The position numbers were made by a program, and so were the translations under genes. Positions 39,501 through 52,100 of a stretch of 64,000 nucleotides of DNA are shown here, one piece after another. The stretch covers positions 185,008,001 to 185,072,000 of the forward strand of contig OZ024742.1 in NCBI GenBank assembly GCA_964016885.1, read 5' to 3'. The notes below the pieces were generated by a model, which had not been told where the DNA came from, did no database searches, and saw only the letters and a program-made list of their open reading frames with translations. Each line of letters begins with the position of its first letter. The first letter of the stretch is position 1. This DNA is from Eledone cirrhosa (Eukaryota).

Positions 39501-42500
39501 GTTAAGTCGGGGTTAAGTTAAGTTGTGGTTAAGTTAAGTTGGGGTTAAGTTAAGTTGGGGTTAAGTTAAGTTAGGGATAAGCTAAGTTGGCGTTAAGTTA
39601 AGTTGGGGTTAAGTTAAGTTGGGGTTAAGTTAAGTTGAGGTTAAGTTAAGTTGGGGTTAAATTCAGTTGGGGTTAACTTAAGTTGGGGTTAAGTTAAGTT
39701 GGGGTTAAGTTAAGTTGAGTTTAAGTTAAGTTGGAGTTAATTTAAGTTGAGGTTAAGTTAAGTTGTGGTAAAGTTAAGTTGGGGTTAAGTTAAGTTGGGG
39801 TTAAGTTAAGTTGGGGTTCAGTTAAGTTGGGGTTAAGTTAAGTAGGGGTTCAGTTGGGGTTAAATTAAGTTGGGGTTAAGTTAAGTTGGGGTTAAGTTAA
39901 GTTGGGGTTAAGTTAAGTTGGGGTTAAGTTAAGTTGGGGTTAAGTTAAGTTGGGGTTGAGTTAAGTTGGGGTTAAGTTAAGTCGGGGTTAAGTTAAGTTG
40001 GGGTTAAGTTAAGTTGGGGTTAAGTTAAGTTGGGGTTAAGTTAAGTTGGGGTTGAGTTAAGTTGGGGTTAAGTTAAGTTGGGGTTGAGTTAAGTTGGGGT
40101 TGAGTTAATTTGGGGTTAAGTTAAGTTGGGGTTAACTTAAGTTGGGGTTAAGTTAAGTTGGCGTTCAGTTAAGTTGCGGTTAAGTTAAGTTGGGGTTAAC
40201 TTAAGTCGGGTTTAAGTTAAGTTGGGGTTAAGTTAAGTTGGGGTCAAGTTAAGTTGGGGTTAAGTTAAGTTGGGGTTAAGTTAAGTTGGGGTTAAGTTAA
40301 GTCGGGGTTACGTTAAGTTGGGGTTAAGTTAAGTTGGGGTTAAGTTAAGTTGGGGTCAAGTTAAGTTGGGGTTAAGTTAAGTTGGGGTTAAGTTAAGTTG
40401 GGGTTAAGTTAAGTCGCGGTTAAGTTAAGTTGGGGTTAAGTTAAGATGGGGTTAAGTTAAGTTGTGGTTAAGTTAAGTTGGGGTTAAGATAAGTTGGGGT
40501 TAAGTTAAGTTGCGGTTGAGTTAAGTTGGGGTTGAGTTAATTGGGGTTAAGTTAAGTTGGGGTTAACTTAAGTTGGGTTTAAGTTAAGTTGGGGTTAAGT
40601 TAAGTTGGGGTTAAATTAAGTTGGGGTTATGATAAGTTGGGGTTAAGTTAAGTCGGGGTTAAGTTATGTCGGGGTTAAGTTAAGTTGGGGTTAAGTTAAC
40701 TTGGTGTTAAGTTAAGTTGGGGTTCAGTTAAGTTGGGGTTGAGTTAAGTTGGGGGTCAAGTTAAGTTGGGGTTAAGCTAAGTTGGGGTTAAGGTAAGTTG
40801 GGGTTAAGTTAAGTTGCGGTTAAGTTAAGTTGGGGTTAACTTAAGTCGGGGTTAAGTTAAGTTGGGGTTAAGTTAAGTTGGGGTCAAATTAAGTTGGGGT
40901 TAAGTTAAGTTGGGGTTAAGTTAAGTTGGGGTTAAGTTAAGTCGGGGTTAAGTTAAGTTGGGGTTAAGTTAAGTTGGGGTTAAGTTAAGTTGGGGTCAAG
41001 TTAAGTTGGGGTTAAGTTAAGTTGGGGTTAAGTTAAGTTGGGGTTAAGTTAAGTCGCGGTTAGTTAAGTTGGGGTTAAGTTAAGATGGGGTTAAGTTAAG
41101 TTGTGGTTAAGTTAAGTTGGGGTTAAGATAAGTTGGGGTTAAGTTAAGTTGCGGTTGAGTTAAGTTAGGTTTGAGTTAATTGGGGTTAAGTTAAGTTGGG
41201 GCTAAGTTAAGTTGGGGCTAAGTTAAGTTGGGGCTAAGTTAAGTTGGGGTTAAGTTAAGGTGGGGTTTAGTTAAGTTGGGGTTGAGTTAAGTTGGGGTTG
41301 AGTTAAGTTGGGGTTAAGTTAAGTTGGGGTTAAGTTAAGTTAGGGTTAACTTAAGTTGGGGTTAAGTTAAGTTTAGGTTAACTTAAGTTGGGGTTAAGTT
41401 AAGTTGGGGTTAAGTTAAGTTGGGGCTAAGTTAAGTTGGGGCTAAGTTAAGTTGGGGCTAAGTTAAGTTGGGGTTAAGTTAAGGTGGGGTTTAGTTAAGT
41501 TGGGGTTGAGTTAAGTTGGGGTTGAGTTAAGTTAGGGTTAAGTTAAGTTGGGGTTAAGTTAAGTTAGGGTTAACTTAAGTTGGGGTTAAGTTAAGTTGGG
41601 GTTGAGTTAAGTTGGGGTTTAATTAAGTTGGGGTTGAGTTAAGTTGGGGTTGAGTTAAGTTGGGCTTGAGTTAAGTTGGGGTTGAGTTAAGTTGGGCTTA
41701 TCTTAAGTTGGGGTTAATTTAAGATGGGGTTAAGTTAAGTTGGGGTTAAGTTAATTTGGGGTTAAGTTAAGTTGGGGTTAAGTTAAGTTGGGGTTATGTT
41801 AAGTTGGGGTTAAGTTAAGTTGAGGTTAACTTAAGTTGGGGTTAAGTTAAGTTGGGGTTAAGTTAAGTTGGGGCTAAGTTAAGTCGGGGCTAAGTTAAGT
41901 TGGGGTTAAGTTAAGTTGGGGTTAAGTTAAGTTGGGGTCAACTTAAGTTGGGGCTAAGTTAATTTGGGGGTAAGTTATGTTGGGGTTAAGTTAAGTTGGG
42001 GTTAAGTTAAGTTGGGGTTAAGTTAAGTTGGGGCTGAGTTAAATTGGGGCTGTGTTAAGTTGGGGTTAAGTTAAGTTGGGGTTAAGTTAAGTTGGGGTTA
42101 AGTTAAGTTGGGGTTAAGTTGGGGTTAAATTAAGTTGGGGTTAATTTAAGTTGGGGTTAAGTTAAGTTGGGTTTAGGTTAAGTTGGGGTTGAGTTAAGTT
42201 GGGGTTAAGTTAAGTTGGGGTTAATTTAAGTTGGGGTTAAGTTAAGTTGGGGCTGAGTTAAGTTGGGGTTAAGTTAAGTTGGGGTTGAGTTAAGTTGGGG
42301 TTAAGTTAAGTTGGAGTTAAGTTAAGTCGGGATTAAGTTAAGTTGGGGTTAAGTTAAGTTGGGGTTAAGTTAAGTTGGGGTTAAGTTAAGTTGGGGTTAA
42401 GTTAAGTTGGGGTTAAGATAAGTTGGGGTTAAGTTAAGTTGGGGTTGAGTTAAGTTGGGGTTGAGTTAATTTGGGGTTAAGTTAAGTTGGGGTTAACTTA

Positions 42501-45500
42501 AGTTGGGGTTCAGTTAAGTTGGCGTTCAGTTAAGTTGCGGTGAAGTTAAGTTGGGGTTAACTTAAGTCGGGGTTAAGTTAAGTTGGGGTTAAGTTAAGTT
42601 GGGGTCAAGTTAAGTTGGGGTTAAGTTAAGTTGGGGTTATGTTAAGTTGGGGTTAAGTTAAGTTGGGGTTAAGTTAAGTCGGGGTTAAGTTAAGTTGGGG
42701 TTAAGTTAAGTTGGGGATAAGTTAAGTTGGGGTCAAGTTAAGTTGGGGTTAAGTTAAGTTGGGGTTAAGTTAAGTCGCGGTTAATTTAAGTTGGGGTTAA
42801 GTTAAGATGGGGTTAAGTTAAGTTGGGGTTAAGTTAAGTTGGGGTTAAGATAAGTTGGGGTTAAGTTAAGTTGGGGTTGAGTTAAGTTGGGGTTGAGTTA
42901 ATTGGGGTTAAGTTAAGTTGGGGTTAAGTTAACTTGGTGTTAAGTTAAGTTGGGGCTCAGTTAAGTTGGGGTTGAGTTAAGTTGGGGTCAATTTAAGTTG
43001 GGACTAAGCTAAGTTGGGGTTAAGTTAAGTTGGGGTTAAGTTAAGTTGGCGCTAAGTTTAGTGAAGGTTAAGTTAAGTTGGGGTTGAGTTAAGTTGGGGT
43101 TAAGTTAAGTTGGGGTTAAGTTAAGTTAGGGTTAAGTTAAGCTTGGGTTAAGTTAAGTTGGGGTTGAGTTAATTTGGGGTTGAGTTAAGTTGGGGTTGAG
43201 TTAAGTTGGGGTTGAGTTAAGTTGGGGTTAAGTTAAGTTGGGGTTAACTTAAGTTGGTGTTAAGTTAAGTTGGGGTCAATTTAAGTTGAGGTTAAGTTAA
43301 CTTGGGATTAAGTTAAGTTGGGGTTAACTTAAATTGAGGTTAAGATAAGTTGGGGTTAAGTTAAGTTGGGGGTAAGTTAAGTTGGGGGTAAGTTAAGTTT
43401 GGGTTAAGTTGGGGTTAAGTTAAGTTAGGGTTAAGTTACGTTGGGGTTGAGTTAAGTTGGGGTTAATTTAAATTGGGGTTAAGTTAAATTTGTGGTTCAG
43501 TTAAGTTGGGGTTAAGTTAAGTTGGGGCTTATTTAAGTTGGGGTTAAGTTAAGTTGTGGTTAAGTTAAGTTGGGGTTAAGTTAAGTTGGGGTTAAGTTAA
43601 GTTGGGGTTAAGTTAAGTTGGGGTTAAATTAAGCTGGGTTGAAGTTAAGTTGGGGTTAAGTTAAGTTGGGGTTAAGTTAAGTTGGGGTTAAGTTAAGTTG
43701 GGGTTAAGTTAAGTCGGGGTTAAGTTAATTTGAGGTTCAGTTAAGTTGGGGTTAAGTTAAGTTGGGGCTTATTTAAGTTGGGGTTAAGTTAAGTTGTGGT
43801 TAAGTTAAGTTGGGGTTAAGTTAAGTCGGGGTTAAGTTAAGTCGGGGTTAAGTTAAGTTGTGGTTAAGTTAAGTTGGGGTTAAGTTAAGTTGGGGTTAAG
43901 TTAAGTTAGGGATAAGCTAAGTTGGCGTTAAGTTAAGTTGGGGTTAAGTTAAGTTGGGGTTAAGTTAAGTTGTGGTTAAGTTAAGTTGGGGCTGAGTTAA
44001 GTTGGGGTCAAGTTAAGTTGGGGTTGAGTTAAGTTGGGGTTAAGTTAACTTGGGGTTAATTTAAGTTGGGGTTAAGTCAAATTGGGTTTGAGTTAAGTTA
44101 GGGTTAAGTTAAGTTGGGGTTAAGTTAAGTTGGGGTTAAGTTAAGTTGGGGTTAAGTTAAGTTGGGGTTAAATTAAGCTGGGTTTAAGTTAAGTTGGGGT
44201 TAAGTTAAGTTGGGGTTAAGTTAAGTTGGGGTTAAGTTAAGTTGAGGTTAAGTTAGGTTGGGGTTAAATTCAGTTGGGGTTAAGTTAAGTTGGGGTTAAG
44301 TTAATTTGGGGATAAGTTAAGTTGAGTTTAAGTTAAGTTGGAGTTGATTTAAGTTGAGGTTAAGTTAAGTTGTGGTAAAGTTAAGTTGGGGTTAAGTTAA
44401 GTTGGGGTTAAGTTAAGTTGGGGTTCAGTTAAGTTGGGGTTAAGTTAAGTAGGGGTTCAGTTGGGGTGAAATTAATTTGGGGTTAAGTTAAGTTGGGGTT
44501 AAGTTAAGTTGGGGTTAAGTTAAGTTGGGGTTAAGTTAAGTTGGGGTTGAGTTAAGTTGGGGTTAAGTTAAGTCGGGGTTAAGTTAAGTTGGGGTTAAGT
44601 TAAGTTGGGGTTAAGTTAAGTTGGGGTTAAATTAAGTTGGGGTTGAGTTAAGTTGGGGTTAAGTTAAGTTGGGTTTAAGTTAAGTTGGGGTTAAGTTAAG
44701 TTGGGGTTAAGTTAAGGTGGGGTTAAGTTAAGTTGGGGTTAAGTTAAGTCGGGGTTAAGTTAAGTTGGGGTGAAGTTAAGTTGGGGTTAAGTTAAGTTGG
44801 GGTTAAGTTAAGTTCGGGTTAAGATAAGTTGGGGTTAAGTTAAGTTGGGGTTGAGTTAAGTTGGGGTTGAGTTAATTTGGGGTTAAGTTAAGTTGGGGTT
44901 AACTTAAGTTGGGGTTAAGTTAAGTTGGCGTTCAGTTAAGTTGCGGTTAAGTTAAGTTGGGGTTAACTTAAGTCGGGTTTAAGTTAAGTTGGGGTTAAGT
45001 TAAGTTGGGGTCAAGTTAAGTTGGGGTTAAGTTAAGTTGGGGTTAAGTTAAGTTGGGGTTAAGTTAAGTCGGGGTTAAGTTAAGTTGGGGTTAAGTTAAG
45101 TTGGGGTTAAGTTAAGTTGGGGTCAAGTTAAGTTGGGGTTAAGTTAAGTTGGGGTTCAGTTAAGTTGGGGTTAAGTTAAGTCGCGGTTAAGTTAAGTTGG
45201 GGTTAAGTTAAGATGGGGTTAAGTTAAGTTGTGGTTAAGTTAAGTTTGGGTTAAGATAAGTTGGGGTTAAGTTAAGTTGCGGTTGAGTTAAGTTGGGGTT
45301 GAGTTAATTGGGGTTAAGTTAAGTTGGGGTTAACTTAAGTTGGGTTTAAGTTAAGTTGGGGTTAAGTTAAGTTGGGGTTAAATTAAGTTGGGGTTATGAT
45401 AAGTTGGGGTTAAGTTAAGTCGGGGTTAAGTTATGTCGGGGTTAAGTTAAGTTGGGGTTAAGTTAACTTGGTGTTAAGTTAAGTTGGGGTTCAGTTAAGT

Positions 45501-46000
45501 TGGGGTTGAGTTAAGTTGGGGGTCAAGTTAAGTTGGGGTTAAGCTAAGTTGGGGTTAAGTTAAGTTGGGGTTAAGTTAAGTTGGGGTTAATTTAAGTTTT
45601 GGTTAAGTTAAGTTGGGGCTGAGTTAAGTTGGCGTCAGGTTAAGTTGGGGTTGAGTTAAGAAGGGGTTAAGTTAACTTGGGGTTAAGTTAACTTGGGGTT
45701 AAGTTAAGTTGGGGTTAAGTTAAGTTGGGGTTAAGTTAAGTTGGGGTTAAGATAAGTTGGGGTTAAGTTAAGTTGGGGTTGAGTTAAGTTGGGGTTGAGT
45801 TAATTTGGGGTTAAGTTAAGTTGGGGTTAACTTAAGTTGGGGTTCAGTTAAGTTGGCGTTCAGTTAAGTTGCGGTGAAGTTAAGTTGGGGTTAACTTAAG
45901 TCGGGGTTAAGTTAAGTTGGGGTTAAGTTAAGTTGGGGTCAAGTTAAGTTGGGGTTAAGTTAAGTTGGGGTTATGTTAAGTTGGGGTTAAGTTAAGTTGG
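39501..46000 (+). repeat. Slightly diverged third copy of segment ~4404-11140
   Basis: Offset 35,097 (ttacg 5214/40311; tcgcggttag 5958/41055), then 34,985 (cgggatt 7347/42332), then 34,857 (ttagg 9399/44256; tatg 11117/45974). The end points are approximate. Confidence 0.85.
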
Positions 46001-49000
46001 GGTTAAGTTAAGTTGGGGTCAAGTTAAGTTGGGGTTAAGTTAAGTTGGGGTTAAGTTAAGTCGCGGTTAAGTTAAGTTGGGGTTAAGTTAAGATGGGGTT
46101 AAGTTAAGTTGGGGTTAAGTTAAGTTGGGGTTAAGATAAGTTGGGGTTAAGTTAAGTTGGGGTTGAGTTAAGTTGGGGTTGAGTTAATTGGGGTTAAGTT
46201 AAGTTGGGGTTAACTTAAGTTGGGTTTAAGTTAAGTTGGGGTTAAGTTAAGTTGGGGTTAAATTAAGTTGGGGTTAAGATAAGTTGGGGTTAAGTTAAGT
46301 CGGTGTTAAGTTAAGTCGGGGTTAAGTTAAGTTCGGGTTAAGTTAACTTGCTGTTAAGTTAAGTTGGGGCTCAGTTAAGTTGGGGTTGAGTTAAGTTGGG
46401 GTCAAGTTAAGTTGGGACTAAGCTAAGTTGGGGTTAAGTTAAGTTGGGGTTAAGTTAAGTTGGCGCTAAGTTAAGTGAAGGTTAAGTTAAGTTGGGGTTG
46501 AGTTAAGTTGGGGTTAAGTTAAGTTGGGGTTGAGTTAAGTTGGGGTTGAGTTAAGTTGGGGTTGAGTTAAGTTGGGGTTACGTTAAGTTGGGGTTAAGTT
46601 AAGTTGGGGTTAAGTTAAGTTTAGGTTAACTTAAGTTGGGGTTAAGTTAAGTTGGGGTTAAGTTAAGTTGGGGCTAAGTTAAGTTGGGGCTAAGTTAAGT
46701 TGGGGCTAAGTTAAGTTGGGGTTAAGTTAAGGTGGGGTTTAGTTAAGTTGGGGTTGAGTTAAGTTAGGGTTGAGTTAAGTTGGGGTTAAGTTAAGTTGGG
46801 GTTAAGTTAAGTTAGGGTTAACTTAAGTTGGGGTTAAGTTAAGTTGGGGTTGAGTTAAGTTGGGGTTTAATTAAGTTGGGGTTAAGTTAAGTTGGGGTTG
46901 AGTTAAGTTGGGCTTGAGTTAAGTTGGGGTTGAGTTAAGTTGGGCTTATCTTAAGTTGGGGTTAATTTAAGATGGGGTTAAGTTAAGTTGGGGTTAAGTT
47001 AATTTTGGGTTAAGTTAAGTTGGGGTTAAGTTAAGTTGGGGTTATGTTAAGTTGGGGTTAAGTTAAGTTGAGGTTAACTTAAGTTGGGGTTAAGTTAAGT
47101 TGGGGTTAAGTTAAGTTGGGGCTAAGTTAAGTTGGGGCTAAGTTAAGTTGGGGTTAAGTTAAGTTGGGGTTAAGTTAAGTTGGGGTCAACTTAAGTTGGG
47201 GCTAAGTTAAGTTGGGGTTAAGTTAAGTTGCGGCTAAGTTAAGTTGGGGTTAAGTTAAGTTGGGGTTAAATTAAGTTGGGGTCAACGTAAGTTGGGGTTA
47301 AGTTAAGTTGGGGTTAAGTTAATTTGGGGGTAAGTTAAGTTGGGGTTAAGTTAAGTTGGGGTTAAGTTAAGTTGGGGTTAAGTTAAGTTGGGGCTGAGTT
47401 AAGTTGGGGCTGTGTTAAGTTGGGGTTAAGTTAAGTTGGGGTTAAGTTAAGTTGGGGTTAAGTTGGGGTTAAATTAAGTTGGGGTTAATTTAAGTTGGGG
47501 TTAAGTTAAGTTTGGTTTAGGTTAAGTTGGGGTTGAGTTAAGTTGGGGTTAAGTTAAGTTGGGGTTAATTTAAGTTGGGGTTAAGTTAAGTTGGGGCTGA
47601 GTTAAGTTGGGGTTAAGTTAAGTTGGGGTTGAGTTAAGTTGGGGTTAAGTTATGTTGGGGTTAAGTTAAGTCGGGGTTAAGTTAAGTTGGGGTTAAGTTA
47701 AGTTGGGGTTAAGTTAAGTTGGGGTTAAGTTAAGTTGGGGTAAAGTTAAGTTGGGGTTAAGATAAGTTGGGGTTAAGTTAAGTTGGGGTTGAGTTAAGTT
47801 GGGGTTGAGTTAATTTGGGGTTAAGTTAAGTTGGGGTTAACTTAAGTTGGGGTTCAGTTAAGTTGGCGTTCAGTTAAGTTGCGGTGAAGTTAAGTTGGGG
47901 TTAACTTAAGTCGGGGTTAAGTTAAGTTGGGGTTAAGTTAAGTTGGGGTCAAGTTAAGTTGGGGTTAAGTTAAGTTGGGGTTATGTTAAGTTGGGGTTAA
48001 GTTAAGTTGGGGTTAAGTTAAGTCGGGGTTAAGTTAAGTTGGGGTTAAGTTAAGTTGGGGTTAAGTTAAGTTGGGGTCAAGTTAAGTTGGGGTTAAGTTA
48101 AGTTGGGGTTAAGTTAAGTCGCGGTTAAGTTAAGTTGGGGTTAAGTTAAGATGGGGTTAAGTTAAGTTGGGGTTAAGTTAAGTTGGGGTTAAGATAAGTT
48201 GGGGTTAAGTTAAGTTGGGGTTGAGTTAAGTTGGGGTTGAGTTAATTGGGGTTAAGTTAAGTTGGGGTTAACTTAAGTTGGGTTTAAGTTAAGTTGGTGT
48301 TAAGTTAAGTTGGGGCTCAGTTAAGTTGGGGTTGAGTTAAGTTGGGGTCAAGTTAAGTTGGGACTAAGCTAAGTTGGGGTTAAGTTAAGTTGGGGTTAAG
48401 TTAAGTTGGCGCTAATTTAAGTGAAGGTTAAGTTAAGTTGGGGTTGAGTTAAGTTGGGGTTAAGTTAAGTTGGGGTTAATTTAAGTTAGGGTTAAGTTAA
48501 GCTTGGGTTAAGTTAAGTTGGGGTTGAGTTAATTTGGGGTTGAGTTAAGTTGGGGTTGAGTTAAGTTGGGGTTGAGTTAAGTTGGGGTTAAGTTAAGTTG
48601 GGGTTAACTTAAGTTGGGGTTAAGTTAAGTTGGGGTCAATTTAAGTTGAGGTTAAGTTAACTTGGGATTAAGTTAAGTTGGGGTTAACTTAAATTGAGGT
48701 TAAGTTAAGTTGGGGTTAAGTTAAGTTGGGGGTAAGTTAAGTTGGGGGTAAGTTAAGTTTGGGTTAAGTTGGGGTTAAGTTAAGTTAGGGTTAAGTTACG
48801 TTGGGGTTGAGTTAAGTTGGGGTTAATTTAAATTGGGGTTAAGTTAACTTTGGGGTTAAGTTAAGTTGGGGTTAAGTTAAGTTGAGCTAAAGTTAAGTTG
48901 AGGTTAAGTTAAGTTGGGGTTAAGTTAAGTTGGGGTTAAATTAAGCTGGGTTGAAGTTAAGTTGGGGTTAAGTTAAGTTGGGGTTAAGTTAAGTTGGGGT

Positions 49001-49174
49001 TAAGTTAAGTCGGGGTTAAGTTAATTTGGGGTTCAGTTAAGTTGGGGTTAAGTTAAGTTGGGGCTTAGTTAAGTTGGGGTTAAGTTAAGTTGTGGTTAAG
49101 TTAAGTTGGGGTTAAGTTAAGTCGGGGTTAAGTTAAGTCGGGGTTAAGTTAAGTTGTGGTTAAGTTAAGTTGGC

Positions 49175-52100
49175 GTTAAGTTAAGTTGGGGTTAAGTTAA
49201 GTTGGGGTTAAGTTAAGTTGTGGTTAAGTTAAGTTGGGGCTGAGTTAAGTTGGGGTCAAGTTAAGTTGGGGTTTAGTTAAGTTGGGGTTAAGTTAACTTG
49301 GGGTTAATTTAAGTTGGGGTTAAGTCAAATTGGGTTTGAGTTAAGTTAGGGTTAAGTTACGTTGGGGTTAAGTTAAGTTGGGGTTAAGTTAAGTTGGGGT
49401 TAAGTTAAGTTGGGGTTAAGTTAAGTTGAGGTTAAGTTAAGTTGGGTTTAAATTCAGTTGGGGTTAAGTTAAGTTGGGGTTAAGTTAAGTTGGGGATAAG
49501 TTAAGTTGAGTTTAAGTTAAGTTGGAGTTAATTTAAGTTGAGGTTAAGTTAAGTTGTGGTTAAGTTAAGTTGGGGTTAAGTTAAGTTGGGGTTAAGTTAA
49601 GTTGGGGTTCAGTTAAGTTGGGGTTAAGTTAAGTAGGGGTTAAGTTGGCGTTAAATTAAGTTGGGGTTAAGTTAAGTTGGGGTTAAGTTAAGTTGGGGTT
49701 AAGTTAAGTTGGGGTTAAGTTAAGTTGGGGTTAAGATAAGTTGGGGTTAAGATAAGTTGGGGTTAAGTTAAGTTGGGGTTGAGTTAAGTTGGGGTTGAGT
49801 TAATTGGGGTTAAGTTAAGTTGGGGTTAACTTAAGTTGGGTTTAAGTTAAGTTGGGGTTAAGTTAAGTTGGGGTTAAATTAAGTTGGGGTTAAGATAAGT
49901 TGGGGTTAAGTTAAGTCGGGGTTAAGTTAAGTCGGGGTTAAGTTAAGTTGGGGTTAAGTTAACTTGGTGTTAAGTTAAGTTGGGGCTCAGTTAAGTTGGG
50001 GTTGAGTTAAGTTGGGGTCAAGTTAAGTTGGGACTAAGCTAAGTTGGGGTTAAGTTAAGTTGGGGTTAAGTTAAGTTAGGGTTAAGTTAAGCTTGGGTTA
50101 AGTTAAGTTGGGGTTGAGTTAATTTGGGGTTGAGTTAAGTTGGGGTTGAGTTAAGTTGGGGTTGAGTTAAGTTGGGGTTAAGTTAAGTTGGGGTTAACTT
50201 AAGTTGGGGTTAAGTTAAGTTGGGGTCAATTTAAGTTGAGGTTAAGTTAACTTGGGATTAAGTTAAGTTGGGGTTAACTTAAATTGAGGTTAAGTTAAGT
50301 TGGGGTTAAGTTAAGTTGGGGGTAAGTTAAGTTGGGGGTAAGTTAAGTTAGGGTTAAGTTGGGGTTAAGTTAAGTTAGGGTTACGTTACGTTGGGGTTGA
50401 GTTAAGTTGGGGTTAATTTAAATTGGGGTTAAGTTAACTTTGTGGTTAAGTTAAGTTGGGGTTAAGTTAAGTTGAGGTTAAGTTAAGTTGAGGTTAAGTT
50501 AAGTTGGGGTTAAGTTAAGTTGGGGTTAAATTAAGCTGGGTTGAAGTTAAGTTGGGGTTAAGTTAAGTTGGGGTTAAGTTAAGTTGGGGTTAAGTTAAGT
50601 TGGGGTTAAGTTAAGTCGGGGTTAAGTTAATTTGGGGTTCAGTTAAGTTGGGGTTAAGTTAAGTTGGGGCTTAGTTAAGTTGGGGTTAAGTTAAGTTGTG
50701 GTTAAGTTAAGTTGGGGTTAAGTTAAGTCGGGGTTAAGTTAAGTCGGGGTTAAGTTAAGTTGGGGTTTAGTTAAGTTAGGGATAAGCTAAGTTGGCGTTA
50801 AATTAAGTTGGGGTTAAGTTAAGTTGGGGTTAAGTTAAGTTGTGGTTAAGTTAAGTTGGGGCTGAGTTAAGTTGGGGTCAAGTTAAGTTGGGGTTTAGTT
50901 AAGTTGGGGTTAAGTTAACTTGGGGTTAATTTAAGTTGGGGTTAAGTCAAATTGGGTTTGAGTTAAGTTAGGGTTAAGTTAAGTTGTGGTTAAGTTAAGT
51001 TGGGGTTAAGTTAAGTTGGGGTTAAGTTAAGTTGGGGTTAAATTAAGCTGGGTTTAAGTTAAGTTGGGGTTAAGTTAAGTTGGGGTTAAGTTAAGTTGGG
51101 GTTAAGTTAAGTTGAGGTTAAGTTAAGTTGGGGTTAAATTCAGTTGGGGTTAAGTTAAGTTGGGGTTAAGTTAAGTTGGGGATAAGTTAAGTTGAGTTTA
51201 AGTTAAGTTGGAGTTAATTTAAGTTGAGGTTAAGTTAAGTTGTGGTTAAGTTAAGTTGGGGTTAAGTTAAGTTGGGGTTAAGTTAAGTTGGGGTTCAGTT
51301 AAGTTGGGGTTAAGTTAAGTAGGGGTTAAGTTGGCGTTAAATTAAGTTGGGGTTAAGTTAAGTTGGGGTTAAGTTAAGTTGGGGTTAAGTTAAGTTGGGG
51401 TTAAGTTAAGTTGGGGTTAAGTTAAGTTGGGGTTAAGATAAGTTGGGGTTAAGATAAGTTGGGGTTAAGTTAAGTTGGGGTTGAGTTAAGTTGGGGTTGA
51501 GTTAATTGGGGTTAAGTTAAGTTGGGGTTAACTTAAGTTGGGTTTAAGTTAAGTTGGGGTTAAGTTAAGTTGGGGTTAAATTAAGTTGGGGTTAAGATAA
51601 GTTGGGGTTAAGTTAAGTCGGGGTTAAGTTAAGTCGGGGTTAAGTTAAGTTGGGGTTAAGTTAACTTGGTGTTAAGTTAAGTTGGGGCTTAGTTAAGTTG
51701 GGGTTGAGTTAAGTTGGGGTCAAGTTAAGTTGGGACTAAGCTAAGTTGGGGTTAAGTTAAGTTGGGGTTAAGTTAAGTTGGCGCTAAGTTAATTGAAGGT
51801 TAAGTTAAGTTGGGGTTGAGTTAAGTTGGGGTTAAGTTAAGTTGGGGTTAAGTTAAGTTAGGGTTAAGTTAAGCTTGGGTTAAGTTAAGTTGGGGTTGAG
51901 TTAATTTGGGGTTGAGTTAAGTTGGGGTTGAGTTAAGTTGGGGTTGAGTTAAGTTGGGGTTAAGTTAAGTTGGGGTTAACTTAAGTTGGGGTTAAGTTAA
52001 GTTGGGGTCAATTTAAGTTGAGGTTAAGTTAACTTGGGATTAAGTTAAGTTGGGGTTAACTTAAATTGAGGTTAAGTTAAGTTGGGGTTAAGTTAAGTTG

